Source: an uncultured Ruminococcus sp. (GTDB lineage Bacteria > Bacillota > Clostridia > CAKSNL01 > HGM11501). Taken from it: 64,000 nucleotides of DNA. The stretch spans positions 407 through 64,406 of the forward strand of contig CAYXRC010000003.1 in assembly GCA_964466295.1 (NCBI GenBank), written 5' to 3'. Below, piece after piece: positions 1 through 8,588 of the stretch. Position 1 is the stretch's first letter; each line of letters starts with the position of its first letter. Below the pieces are notes generated by a model. The model saw only the letters and a list, made by a program, of their open reading frames with translations. It did not search any database and had not been told where the DNA came from. The translations under genes were made by a program, and so were the position numbers.

Positions 1-57
1 TTCAAAGGTCAAGGTGGCTTTGACCTTTGACTTGTATAATGGGTACCAAGAAAGGGG

Positions 58-405
58 GTGCTCACTGTGAAGGAACGGCTGACAACATATGAACGACGAG
101 AAGGCATCAGGTTGTTGTTGGTTAAAGAAAAGTCAACGACAACTAAAATCTTAATGGATAAGTATGGCGTTAGCAAACAGACAATATTGAATGATATTGT
201 GTTCCTGAGCAGTGTGATGCCTATTGAAACCCGTCCCGGAAATTGCGGCGGTATCTTTCTTAAAATGGAATACGATTCACCGAAATCATATTTAACCAAT
301 GACGAAGAAAGTTTGTTATTGAGATTGCTTGATGATTTAAGCGAAAATGATAAAAGAATGTTGATAAATGTTATCAACAAATTTTCAAAACCGTCAGAAA
401 GTTAA
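58..405 (+). CDS. Small HTH DNA-binding protein of the integrative element
   Basis: 115-aa ORF with an HTH-like stretch (TTKILMDKYGVSKQTILNDIVFL). The GTG at 67 has better spacing to the AAAGGGGG SD than the GTG at 58. TGTATAAT extended -10 at about 33-40. Confidence 0.5.
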   Translation: MLTVKERLTTYERREGIRLLLVKEKSTTTKILMDKYGVSKQTILNDIVFLSSVMPIETRPGNCGGIFLKMEYDSPKSYLTNDEESLLLRLLDDLSENDKRMLINVINKFSKPSES

Positions 406-798
406 TGAGTGAATTTAAAGCTATTCCAGACATTTTGGACTTCCCCGCACTTCCCCGAAGCAGGGGGGACTTCCAAAGATGAAGTGAATTCATCTATTGC
501 TCCTTGACAACTGAATAGCACCTTTTTAATCGTAAGACTGTATGGGCGGTAAAAGTCGCCAGCACATTAGTTGATACGCCAAGACTGCTATTTTCTTGCA
601 CGAGCGAAGAATATCAGACTATAAACCGATTGATTGGCAAATCGGGATGCGATGAAACATACAGTTAGTAATTGATACTTGTGTACGCACCCGGCGGAGA
701 ACCCGGCGGAGCTGAAATGCTATGTACGCCGTGCCAACGGCTGTTAAAGAGGGGCGTTATAAAAATTAACTACCTATTTAATAGACGGAGGTGTTATT

Positions 799-1014
799 AT
801 GTCGGAAAAGAAAAAAAGAAGCGAATATATGAAAATGTTTAAGGCTTATCCCGAACTACTTCGCATTGAGCAGTTATGTGAAATATTAGGCGGCATAAGC
901 ACCAAGACAGGATACAAACTGCTAAAGGATGGTAAAATATCCAGTATGAAAGTCGGAAGAGAATATCGTGTTACTAAAGTTGATTTAGTAAATTATTTAT
1001 TGAAAACAAACTGA
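799..1014 (+). CDS. Excisionase-family (MerR-like HTH_17) DNA-binding protein
   Basis: 71 aa. LLRIEQLCEILGGISTKTGYKLLKDGKISSMKVGREYRV matches the excisionase/HTH_17 pattern. GGAGG SD; lies immediately upstream of the integrase. Confidence 0.7.
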   Translation: MSEKKKRSEYMKMFKAYPELLRIEQLCEILGGISTKTGYKLLKDGKISSMKVGREYRVTKVDLVNYLLKTN

Positions 1015-1119
1015 ATTTTTTGACAGAACATCATCTCATTGATATAATTATTATCGTCAATGGATGGTGTTTAATTTTTTTCCATAAAGGGAGGTAAATA
1101 TTTTCAGGAGGTAAACACC

Positions 1120-2424
1120 ATGATTAAACAAACAAAAATAGGTTTAGAAATAGATGTAAAAGCCTATTTGAAAGAAGTCAAAGGCTTTTACTATGTTATT
1201 CTGGTTTACAAAAATGCAGCAGGCAAAAGAAAGGATAAAAGTTTCCCAACTAAATTGCCTGTTCGTGGTAATAAGACAAAGGCAAAGAATATGTCCGAGC
1301 AAATTCTTATGGATTTTGAAATACCGGATGAAGATTTGTTTGTAGCAACGCTTGTCGATGATACATCTGCAGAAATGAAAAAAACTATATCTATAGAAAT
1401 TTCTGAGGATGCACTTGATAAAATCACTTTGACAGACTTGACAAAAGAACAAATCGAAAATTTACTCTTTGCTGATTATTTAAAACTTTATTTGCCATAC
1501 ACTCGTAAAAGAAAGAAACCAATAGAAGATACTACATATGCCAGTTATGAAGGTAACATCAAAAGTCCTGTTGGTCCATATTTCAAAGAACAAGGTATAA
1601 AACTTAAAGATTTAGATGCAAGAGATATACAGGAATTCTATGATATTCAACTTCAGAGGGTAACTGCTAATACGGTTATTCATTATCATGCAATAATAAG
1701 GCTTGCTCTTACTTTCGCAAGAAAAAACGGTTGGATATCGGAAAACCCTATAGACGAAGTTGATAAACCCGAGAAAAATCATTATGTAGGAAAATTTTAT
1801 AGTGCGGATGAATTATCAAAGGTTTTCAAGCTGACTAAAGACACAAATCTTGAGGTTCCTGTTTTGATGGGCGGATTTTATGGTTTAAGACGCAGTGAAT
1901 GTGTTGGTTTAAGATGGAGTGCTATTGATTTAACAAATAATGTATTCTACATAAATCATACAGTAACTACACCAAGAGTAAACGGCAAATTAAAGATTGT
2001 AGCAAAAGACAGAGCAAAGACAAAATCAAGTTTGCGTGCTTTGCCGCTTGATATGGCTGTTAAAGAAAGGCTGCTTGTGATTAAAGAGCGCCAGGAGATG
2101 TATCGGAAGAAGTTTAAGCGTTCTTATAACAAAGAATGGCTTGACTACGTAATGGTAGATGAGCTTGGCGGATTGATTATGCCTAACTATGTCACATCGG
2201 CTTTTAAGAGACTTTTAACTAAAAACGATTTGCGTCCTATACGCTTTCACGATCTCAGACATACAAGTGCATCGCTTTTGCTCAATAACGGAGTTCAATT
2301 AAAGGATATTCAAATGTGGTTAGGACATAGTGACTTTGCTACAACTGCAAACATATATGCTCATTTGGATGCAAGTTCAAAGACTGCATCACTTGCAGCG
2401 ATTGCAGGGGTTGTAAGCATATGA
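1120..2424 (+). CDS. int: Tyrosine site-specific recombinase/integrase
   Basis: 434 aa. C-terminal catalytic signature GLRRSE...HDLRHTSASLLL...GHSDFATTANIYAH (R, HxxR, Y). N-terminal arm-binding-like domain. Adjacent to a tRNA gene. Confidence 0.9.
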   Translation: MIKQTKIGLEIDVKAYLKEVKGFYYVILVYKNAAGKRKDKSFPTKLPVRGNKTKAKNMSEQILMDFEIPDEDLFVATLVDDTSAEMKKTISIEISEDALDKITLTDLTKEQIENLLFADYLKLYLPYTRKRKKPIEDTTYASYEGNIKSPVGPYFKEQGIKLKDLDARDIQEFYDIQLQRVTANTVIHYHAIIRLALTFARKNGWISENPIDEVDKPEKNHYVGKFYSADELSKVFKLTKDTNLEVPVLMGGFYGLRRSECVGLRWSAIDLTNNVFYINHTVTTPRVNGKLKIVAKDRAKTKSSLRALPLDMAVKERLLVIKERQEMYRKKFKRSYNKEWLDYVMVDELGGLIMPNYVTSAFKRLLTKNDLRPIRFHDLRHTSASLLLNNGVQLKDIQMWLGHSDFATTANIYAHLDASSKTASLAAIAGVVSI

Positions 2425-2485
2425 GAGTTTCCAAAAAGTTTCCAAAGAAAAAGCGAGGCTTCTGTTAATACAAAAACCTCGCCGA

Positions 2486-2576
2486 TGGCGGAGAAGGTGG
2501 GATTCGAACCCACGGACGGGATTAACCGTCAAACGATTTCGAGTCGTTCTCGTTATGACCGCTTCGATACTTCTCC
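2486..2576 (-). tRNA. tRNA-Ser(CGA), class II, CCA encoded
   Basis: Hand fold: acceptor GGAGAAG/CTTCTCC, anticodon stem AACGA/TCGTT, loop CTCGAAA, long variable arm GACGG/CCGTC, T loop GTGGG-TTCGAAT-CCCAC, G-CCA 3' end. Confidence 0.85.
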
Positions 2577-2744
2577 GGATGTATTTCAACAGCCCGCAAA
2601 TTTTAAAGATTTACACCAAAATCAAGGGTTGCAGATTTTTGGAAACTTTTTTTGGAAACTGCTAAAAACTTTGATATTCAATTTTATTAAAAACCCAGTG
2701 TTTATGCGGGTTTGAGGTAGTCCGCACTTCCACTAACTTCACTT

Positions 2745-2786
2745 GATTTCGAGTCAGTCCCGTTATGACCACTTCGATACCACTCC
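2745..2786 (-). pseudogene. tRNA-Ser(CGA) 5'-half fragment (acceptor 5' strand, D arm, anticodon loop); no 3' half
   Basis: Aligns with 2535-2576 through the CTCGAAATC of the anticodon loop, then diverges. Its anticodon-stem 5' strand (ACTGA) has no partner and there is no T arm or acceptor 3' strand. Confidence 0.6.
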
Positions 2787-2948
2787 AGATATGAAATTGT
2801 TTTATATGTCAGCCCTGACAAATTTGACAAACTGATAATTAAGGCAAAAACATGGGCAAAACAAGCAAAAATCAGTTAAAAATAAAATTACAGAAACCGC
2901 ATAAAATCAAGGGTTTCAGGCTATAAGAGTTCCGTTAGGCGTAGAAGC

Positions 2949-2988
2949 TTTCGAGTGCGCCCCGTTATGACCGCTTCGATACTTCTCC
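2949..2988 (-). pseudogene. Second tRNA-Ser(CGA) 5'-half fragment
   Basis: The 28-nt D-arm/acceptor portion is identical to 2549-2576 and the anticodon loop CTCGAAA is conserved. The stem strand differs (GCGCA) and no 3' half follows. Confidence 0.6.
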
Positions 2989-3392
2989 GTGTATATTTAA
3001 ATATGCTTTTTCTTTGTGTAATTTTAACCTTAAAAATTCCAAAAAAAAGCAAAAGAAAATGTGTTAAAATAGGATCCGAATAAATCTTCGTATAAAGCAG
3101 AAATTTCCCACAGATCCTTTTTCATAATTTTCTATTTTACGTCACTTGAATTATTCTACCATAAAATAATCATTATGTCAATACATAAATATAATTGCTT
3201 ATAACTACAATGTGCTTATACCGTTGGGTCTTGGCAACATTATACGCGGCATATTTATTTAAGCCGCTTTTTTCTTTGGTTAATTTATTTATAGAAATTA
3301 TAAAAAATAAAGAAACTTTTTCCGTATTACTGATAGACAAAACAAAAAAAATCTGCTATTATATAAGCATATTGTTTTTTGGAGAGAATGTC

Positions 3393-3863
3393 ATGAAATC
3401 AGTAGAGCTTTTTACAGACGGTGCCTGCAGCGGAAATCCGGGACGCGGCGGTTACGGAGTTATTTTAAAATACGGCAAAAATACAAAGGAGCTGTCCGAG
3501 GGCTTTCTGCTTACCACTAACAACCGCATGGAGCTTACGGCGGTTATTGTCGGATTAAAGGCTTTAAAAGAGCCTTGTACTGTTGAACTTTACAGCGACT
3601 CAAAATATATTACCGACGCATTAAATAAGGGCTGGCTTGACTCCTGGCAAAGTCGCGGATGGAAAAAGGCTGACAAAAGCCCCGTTCAAAACGCTGATTT
3701 ATGGAAAAGCCTTCTCCCCCTTTTACAAATCCACAGCGTCACCTGGCACTGGATTAAAGGACATGACGGACATCCCGAAAACGAGCGGTGCGATTTTTTG
3801 GCAAGAGCTGCATGCAATAAAGAACATCTATCCGAGGATATAGCTTACTTAAAAGAAAAATAG
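3393..3863 (+). CDS. rnhA: Ribonuclease HI
   Basis: MKSVELFTDGACSGNPGRGGYG...NNRMEL...DSKY...HDGHPENERCD is a canonical RNase H1 pattern. The internal ATG at 3393 is preceded by GGAGAG, and the upstream 66 codons of the tracked ORF look non-coding. Confidence 0.85.
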   Translation: MKSVELFTDGACSGNPGRGGYGVILKYGKNTKELSEGFLLTTNNRMELTAVIVGLKALKEPCTVELYSDSKYITDALNKGWLDSWQSRGWKKADKSPVQNADLWKSLLPLLQIHSVTWHWIKGHDGHPENERCDFLARAACNKEHLSEDIAYLKEK

Positions 3864-3891
3864 ATGCTTAAAATAAAAAGGAGCGAAGAAC

Positions 3892-5823
3892 ATGGGACTT
3901 ACATTAACGGAAAAAATATTAAAAGACCATATTGTTGACGGCAAATTTGAAAAGGGTGCTGAAATCGGCATAAAAATCGATCAGACTCTTACTCAGGACG
4001 CAACAGGCACAATGGCATATCTTGAATTCGAGGCTATGGGCGTACCGAGAGTAAAAACCGAAAGAAGCGTTGCATATATAGACCACAACACTCTTCAAAG
4101 CGGTTTTGAAAACGCCGATGACCACAGATTTATAGGCTCTGTGGCAAAAAAGCACGGCATATATTTTTCAAGACCCGGCAACGGAATATGCCATCAGGTA
4201 CATCTTGAGCGCTTCGGCATACCGGGAAAAACCCTTATCGGCTCTGACAGTCACACCCCCACGGGCGGAGGGCTCGGCATGATAGCTATCGGCGCCGGCG
4301 GTCTTGACGTTGCGGTTGCTATGGGAGGCGGTGCTTACTATATCACCTATCCCAAGGTAGTAAACGTTGTACTTAAAGGAAAGCTTTCGCCCTGGTGCGC
4401 CGCAAAGGACGTTATCCTTGAGGTTTTAAGGCGTCTTTCCGTAAAGGGCGGAGTCGGCAAGGTTATTGAGTACACCGGTGAGGGCGTAAAGACTCTTTCG
4501 GTACCCGAGCGTGCGACAATAACAAACATGGGCGCCGAGCTTGGCGCAACAACCTCTATTTTCCCGTCAGACGAAATAACAAGAGCGTTTTTAAAGGCTC
4601 AAAAGCGTGAAGAGGACTGGCGCGAGCTTAAGGCTGATTCCGACGCTGTTTACGATGAAACGGTAATCATAGACCTTTCGGAGATTGAACCGGCGGCGGC
4701 CTGCCCCCATTCTCCCGACAATGTTAAAAAGCTCTCGGAAATCGGTGAAATAAAAATCGACCAGGTTTGTATCGGCTCCTGCACAAACAGCTCATATACC
4801 GACATGATGAAGGTCGCCTATATACTTAAAGGAAAAACGGTGCATCCCGACGTTTCGCTGGCAATTGCTCCCGGCTCAAAGCAAGTGCTTAACATGCTTG
4901 CCGAAAACGGAGCACTTTCGGACATGATAAACGCCGGAGCGAGAATTTTGGAAAGCGCCTGCGGACCCTGCATAGGCATGGGACAGTCGCCCAATTCCAA
5001 GGGCGTATCACTTCGTACCTTTAACAGAAACTTCGAGGGGCGCTCCGGCACCAAGGACGCGTCGGTATATCTTGTATCCCCCGAGGTTGCAGCCGTTTCC
5101 GCAATTGCCGGTGTGCTTACGGATCCACGTACTTTGGGCGATATGCCTGAAATTAAAATGCCCGAAGAATTTTTAATAAATGACAATATGGTTGCTCCTC
5201 CGGCTCCGGAAAACGAGGCGGACTCGGTTGAAATTCTTATGGGACCCAATATAAAGCCCTATCCCGAAACAAAGCCCTTGTCGGACGAGATTTCCTGCAA
5301 ATGCTCCCTTAAGGTCGGTGATAATATAACGACGGATCACATTATGCCGGCAGGCGCAAAAATTCTTCCCTTAAGGTCAAATATTCCCGCAATTTCCAAT
5401 TTCTGCTTTACCGCCTGTGATGAAGCTTTCCCCGAAAGGGCAAAAGCTCTTAAGGAAAGTATTATAGTCGGCGGCGTAAACTACGGTCAGGGCTCGTCGA
5501 GAGAGCATGCAGCCCTTGCTCCTTTATATCTCGGGGTAAAAGCTGTAATAGTAAAGTCCTTTGCAAGAATACACCGTTCAAACCTTATAAATGCAGGTAT
5601 TCTTCCCTGTACCTTCAAAAACGAGGCGGATTATGATAAGATAAACGAGGGCGACGAGCTTTATTTATCAGACCTTTTGACTTTTGTAAAGGAAGGCGGA
5701 GAGCTTTCACTTAAAAACAAAACGACAGGCGATGTGATACCGCTTTCATTGGAGTTAAGCGATCGTGCAAAGGAAATAATTCTTGCCGGCGGACTTTTAA
5801 ATTATACAAAAGCAAACTTTTAA
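3892..5823 (+). CDS. Aconitate hydratase (short ~640-aa bacterial type)
   Basis: Aconitase-family motifs GSDSHT, CIGSCTNSS, CGPCIGMG, and a swivel domain with GSSREHA. Confidence 0.9.
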   Translation: MGLTLTEKILKDHIVDGKFEKGAEIGIKIDQTLTQDATGTMAYLEFEAMGVPRVKTERSVAYIDHNTLQSGFENADDHRFIGSVAKKHGIYFSRPGNGICHQVHLERFGIPGKTLIGSDSHTPTGGGLGMIAIGAGGLDVAVAMGGGAYYITYPKVVNVVLKGKLSPWCAAKDVILEVLRRLSVKGGVGKVIEYTGEGVKTLSVPERATITNMGAELGATTSIFPSDEITRAFLKAQKREEDWRELKADSDAVYDETVIIDLSEIEPAAACPHSPDNVKKLSEIGEIKIDQVCIGSCTNSSYTDMMKVAYILKGKTVHPDVSLAIAPGSKQVLNMLAENGALSDMINAGARILESACGPCIGMGQSPNSKGVSLRTFNRNFEGRSGTKDASVYLVSPEVAAVSAIAGVLTDPRTLGDMPEIKMPEEFLINDNMVAPPAPENEADSVEILMGPNIKPYPETKPLSDEISCKCSLKVGDNITTDHIMPAGAKILPLRSNIPAISNFCFTACDEAFPERAKALKESIIVGGVNYGQGSSREHAALAPLYLGVKAVIVKSFARIHRSNLINAGILPCTFKNEADYDKINEGDELYLSDLLTFVKEGGELSLKNKTTGDVIPLSLELSDRAKEIILAGGLLNYTKANF

Positions 5824-5838
5824 TTTCGGAGGATTAAT

Positions 5839-7053
5839 ATGGACAAAATAATTATGAAAACGCCTCTTGTCGAAATGGACGGAGATGAAATGACAAGAGT
5901 GCTCTGGAAAATGATAAAGGAGCATCTTATTCTTCCATATGTGGATTTAAAGACAGAATATTACGATCTCGGTCTTGAGCACAGGAACGAAACGGACGAT
6001 AAGGTAACCGTTGACTCTGCCGAGGCGACGAAAAAGTACGGCGTTGCGGTAAAGTGCGCCACTATTACTCCCAATGCCGCAAGAATGACTGAATATAATT
6101 TAAAGGAAATGTGGAAATCTCCCAACGGCACTATAAGAGCTATACTTGACGGCACCGTTTTCCGCACTCCCATTACGGTAAGCGGAATCACGCCCTATAT
6201 TCCCACTTGGACAAAGCCCATAACTATCGCCCGTCACGCATACGGGGACGTTTATAAAAACACCGAAATGCAAATTGCCGAGGGCTCGGAATGTTACCTT
6301 GTATCTTTTGACAAGGACGGAAACGAAACGAGAGAGAAAATCCATTCATTCAAGGACTCGGCAGGCATAATACAGGGTATTCACAATACCGATAAATCCA
6401 TAGAAAGCTTTGCAAGAAGCTGCTTTAACTTTGCTCTTGACTCTAAAAAGGATTTGTGGTTTGCAACAAAGGATACGATTTCTAAAAAATACGACCACAG
6501 ATTTAAAGATATTTTCGCCGAGATATTCGAAAAGGATTACAAGAAAAAGTTTGAAGAAGCTAAAATTGAGTATTTTTACACCCTTATTGACGACGTTGTC
6601 GCAAGAGTTATAAGGTCTGAGGGCGGTTACATCTGGGCATGCAAAAATTACGACGGCGACGTAATGAGCGATATGGTGGCAACCGCTTACGGAAGCCTTG
6701 CCATGATGACCTCGGTATTGGTTTCTCCCTCCGGAGTATATGAATACGAGGCGGCTCACGGAACAGTTCAGCGTCATTACTACAAATACTTAAAGGGCGA
6801 GGCAACGTCAACAAACTCCGTTGCGACAATCTTTGCTTGGACCGGCGCTTTAAGAAAGCGCGGCGAGCTTGACAAAACTCCCGCCCTTTCGGAATTTGCC
6901 GATAAGCTTGAAAAGGCAACCTTAGACACAATTGAAAGCGGATTTATGACAGGCGATCTTGCCGCTATATGGAAAGGCAATGTTCCTGCCGTAAAGCTCG
7001 AATCTGAGGAATTTATTGTAAAGGTTCAAAATACTTTAGAAAAGCTTTTATAA
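5839..7053 (+). CDS. icd: NADP-dependent isocitrate dehydrogenase (eukaryote-like ~400-aa subfamily)
   Basis: [13 protein letters not shown]...KCATITPN...IARHAYGD...DGDVMSD match the IDH1/2-type family. Follows aconitase by 15 nt. Confidence 0.9.
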   Translation: MDKIIMKTPLVEMDGDEMTRVLWKMIKEHLILPYVDLKTEYYDLGLEHRNETDDKVTVDSAEATKKYGVAVKCATITPNAARMTEYNLKEMWKSPNGTIRAILDGTVFRTPITVSGITPYIPTWTKPITIARHAYGDVYKNTEMQIAEGSECYLVSFDKDGNETREKIHSFKDSAGIIQGIHNTDKSIESFARSCFNFALDSKKDLWFATKDTISKKYDHRFKDIFAEIFEKDYKKKFEEAKIEYFYTLIDDVVARVIRSEGGYIWACKNYDGDVMSDMVATAYGSLAMMTSVLVSPSGVYEYEAAHGTVQRHYYKYLKGEATSTNSVATIFAWTGALRKRGELDKTPALSEFADKLEKATLDTIESGFMTGDLAAIWKGNVPAVKLESEEFIVKVQNTLEKLL

Positions 7054-7058
7054 AATAT

Positions 7059-7095
7059 AAAAAATGCCGCAAAGGTTTCCTTTGCGGCATTTTTA
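7059..7095. terminator. Bidirectional intrinsic terminator between icd and the ArsC-family gene
   Basis: Perfect 12-bp stem ATGCCGCAAAGG-TTT-CCTTTGCGGCAT flanked by A5 and T4-5. Confidence 0.85.
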
Positions 7096-7108
7096 TAGGT
7101 ATAAAGCA

Positions 7109-7459
7109 TTAAAGCTTGTCGGTCCAATCCTTTTCCTTAAATCCTACAAGCACAAAATCGTCGCTTACAAGAATCGGTCTTTTCACAAGCATTCCGTCAG
7201 AAGCAAGGAGCTTAAGCTGTTCGTCCTCGGTCATTTCAGAAAGTCTATCCTTAAGATTCATAGACTTATAAGCTTGTCCGCAGGTATTAAAAAACTTCTT
7301 AAGAGGCAGACCGCTTTTTTCGTGCCAATTTTTAAGCTCGTCAAAGCCGGGCTTGCTTTCTTTAATATCTCGGATTTCATACTCCTCATTGTGTTCGTCC
7401 AGCCACTTTTTCGCCTTCTGACAGGTGGTACATTTGGGGTAACAGATAAATTTTAACAT
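7109..7459 (-). CDS. ArsC/Spx-family thioredoxin-fold protein
   Basis: MLKFICYPKCTTCQKAKKWL...LVKRPIL pattern of the ArsC/Spx/YffB family. Start moved to the second ATG (GGAG plus 9 nt). Confidence 0.8.
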   Translation of the reverse strand: MLKFICYPKCTTCQKAKKWLDEHNEEYEIRDIKESKPGFDELKNWHEKSGLPLKKFFNTCGQAYKSMNLKDRLSEMTEDEQLKLLASDGMLVKRPILVSDDFVLVGFKEKDWTDKL

Positions 7460-7580
7460 ATAAAACATCTCCTTTTTATTTAAGGCTTTTTATTTAAACT
7501 CCGAAAGTCCTATACCACTTTGTCCGAGAAAAAAGGAATTTTCCGTAAAATCCTAAATACAAAAATTCATGCCGGAAAAT

Positions 7581-7609
7581 AAAAAAGCGCCTGAAACAGG
7601 CGCTTTTTC
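7581..7609. terminator. Intrinsic terminator downstream of the tRNA-Leu/tRNA-Ala pair
   Basis: AGCGCCTG-AAA-CAGGCGCT stem flanked by A6 and T5. Confidence 0.8.
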
Positions 7610-7615
7610 CTCAGT

Positions 7616-7691
7616 TGGTGGAGATATGGGGATTCGAACCCCAGACCTGTTACATGCGAAGCAACCGCTCTCCCAACTGAGCTATACCCCC
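7616..7691 (-). tRNA. tRNA-Ala(CGC)
   Basis: Hand fold: acceptor GGGGGTA with a G3:U70 wobble, anticodon loop TTCGCAT, T loop TGGGG-TTCGAAT-CCCCA, ACCA end. Confidence 0.85.
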
Positions 7692-7696
7692 GAAAT

Positions 7697-7785
7697 TGGT
7701 GCCCGAGACCGGAATCGAACCGGTACGACTTTTAACGGTCGCAGGATTTTAAGTCCTGTGCGTCTGCCAGTTCCGCCACTCGGGC
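7697..7785 (-). tRNA. tRNA-Leu(TAA), class II
   Basis: Acceptor GCCCGAG/CTCGGGC, anticodon stem CAGGA/TCCTG with loop CTTAAAA, long variable arm, GGTTCGATTCC T arm, CCA encoded. Confidence 0.85.
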
Positions 7786-8148
7786 TAACAACAAGATATA
7801 GAATACCACACTTTTTCTGTTTTGTCAATAGTTTTTATTGTCACATAACGACAAAAATTGAAAATTTAAAATAATTTTACCATTATATAGTGTAGACTTA
7901 TAAACCTTTGCCGTAATTTTTGCCTGCCCTGCCGCTTACCTGCCTCATCATACTATCCCTTTGACGGTTCATTTTACTTTTTATTAAAAAAAGAGCAAAA
8001 GGAAGCTTTTCTTGATGTGTATAAATTTTTACTTTGTCTCCTGCCTTTTATATAAAATATGCCTCATTTCCGTTTGGTACCTTGGCTTTAATTATTATTG
8101 TGCCGATTTACTCCTTTTATTCTGTCCTTTGCCGCCGCAATATTTTGC

Positions 8149-8189
8149 TTGACAAATATGTATATTCTGTATATACTGTATATATACAG
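8149..8189 (+). promoter_or_regulatory. Promoter (TTGACA-17-TATACT) with overlapping CTGTATATA repeat/palindrome, candidate YtrA-type operator
   Basis: TTGACA at 8149-8154 and TATACT at 8172-8177. CTGTATATA occurs at 8167-8175 and 8176-8184, with the inverted TATATACAG at 8181-8189. Confidence 0.6.
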
Positions 8190-8210
8190 TAATCGAAAGG
8201 AGGAAGCGAT

Positions 8211-8588
8211 TTGAAGATTTTTATTGATAATAAAAGCGGTTTACCGATATACGACCAGATTTATACGCAGATAAAAAATCAGATTATTGACGGAAGCTTA
8301 AAGGAAGACGAAGCTCTGCCCTCCATCCGCTCCCTTGCCAAGGATTTAAGGATAAGCGTCATTACCACGAAAAGGGCTTACGAAGAGCTTGAAAAGGAAG
8401 GCTTTATTTACACTGTTTCGGCAAAGGGCTGTTTTGTCGCCGCAAAAAACATTGAGCTTATTAAAGAAGAAAATCTAAAAAAATTGGAATATCATATAGG
8501 AGAAGCCTTAAAGCTTGCTCCTCTTTGCGGTATCAGTAAAGAGGAGCTTAAAAAAATAATAGATTATGAAACGGAGGAATTAATATGA
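8211..8588 (+). CDS. GntR-family transcriptional regulator (short YtrA-like subfamily)
   Basis: 125 aa. PIYDQIYTQIKNQIIDGSLKEDEALPSIRSLAKDLRISVITTKRAYEELEKEGFI is a GntR wHTH. TTG start after GGAGGAAG. Overlaps the downstream ABC gene by 4 nt. Confidence 0.85.
   Translation: MKIFIDNKSGLPIYDQIYTQIKNQIIDGSLKEDEALPSIRSLAKDLRISVITTKRAYEELEKEGFIYTVSAKGCFVAAKNIELIKEENLKKLEYHIGEALKLAPLCGISKEELKKIIDYETEELI

Larger units (their letters stand above)
1..2744. mobile_element. Window-truncated end of an integrative element (ICE/IME/prophage-like): HTH protein, excisionase-like protein, tyrosine integrase, intact tRNA-Ser(CGA)
   Basis: HTH-xis-int run on the + strand into the 3' end of a - strand tRNA-Ser. 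tRNA 5'-half scars at 2745-2786 and 2949-2988 mark candidate junctions. The other end lies outside the window. Confidence 0.5.

Noticed and set aside
2485-2715. A tracked ORF overlapping tRNA-Ser. The ORF at 7569-7874, which overlaps tRNA-Ala and tRNA-Leu, is the same kind of case.
   Set aside because: The sequences fold as canonical tRNAs on the opposite strand, so the ORFs are artefacts.
3195-3392. A 66-codon N-terminal extension of the RNase HI ORF.
   Set aside because: It is AT-rich and hydrophobic nonsense with no SD. The canonical RNase H N-terminus starts at the internal ATG at 3393, which is preceded by GGAGAG.
5961-6980. A cluster of - strand ORFs of up to 143 aa inside the icd gene.
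   Set aside because: They are antisense to a highly conserved isocitrate dehydrogenase gene and have no start signals.
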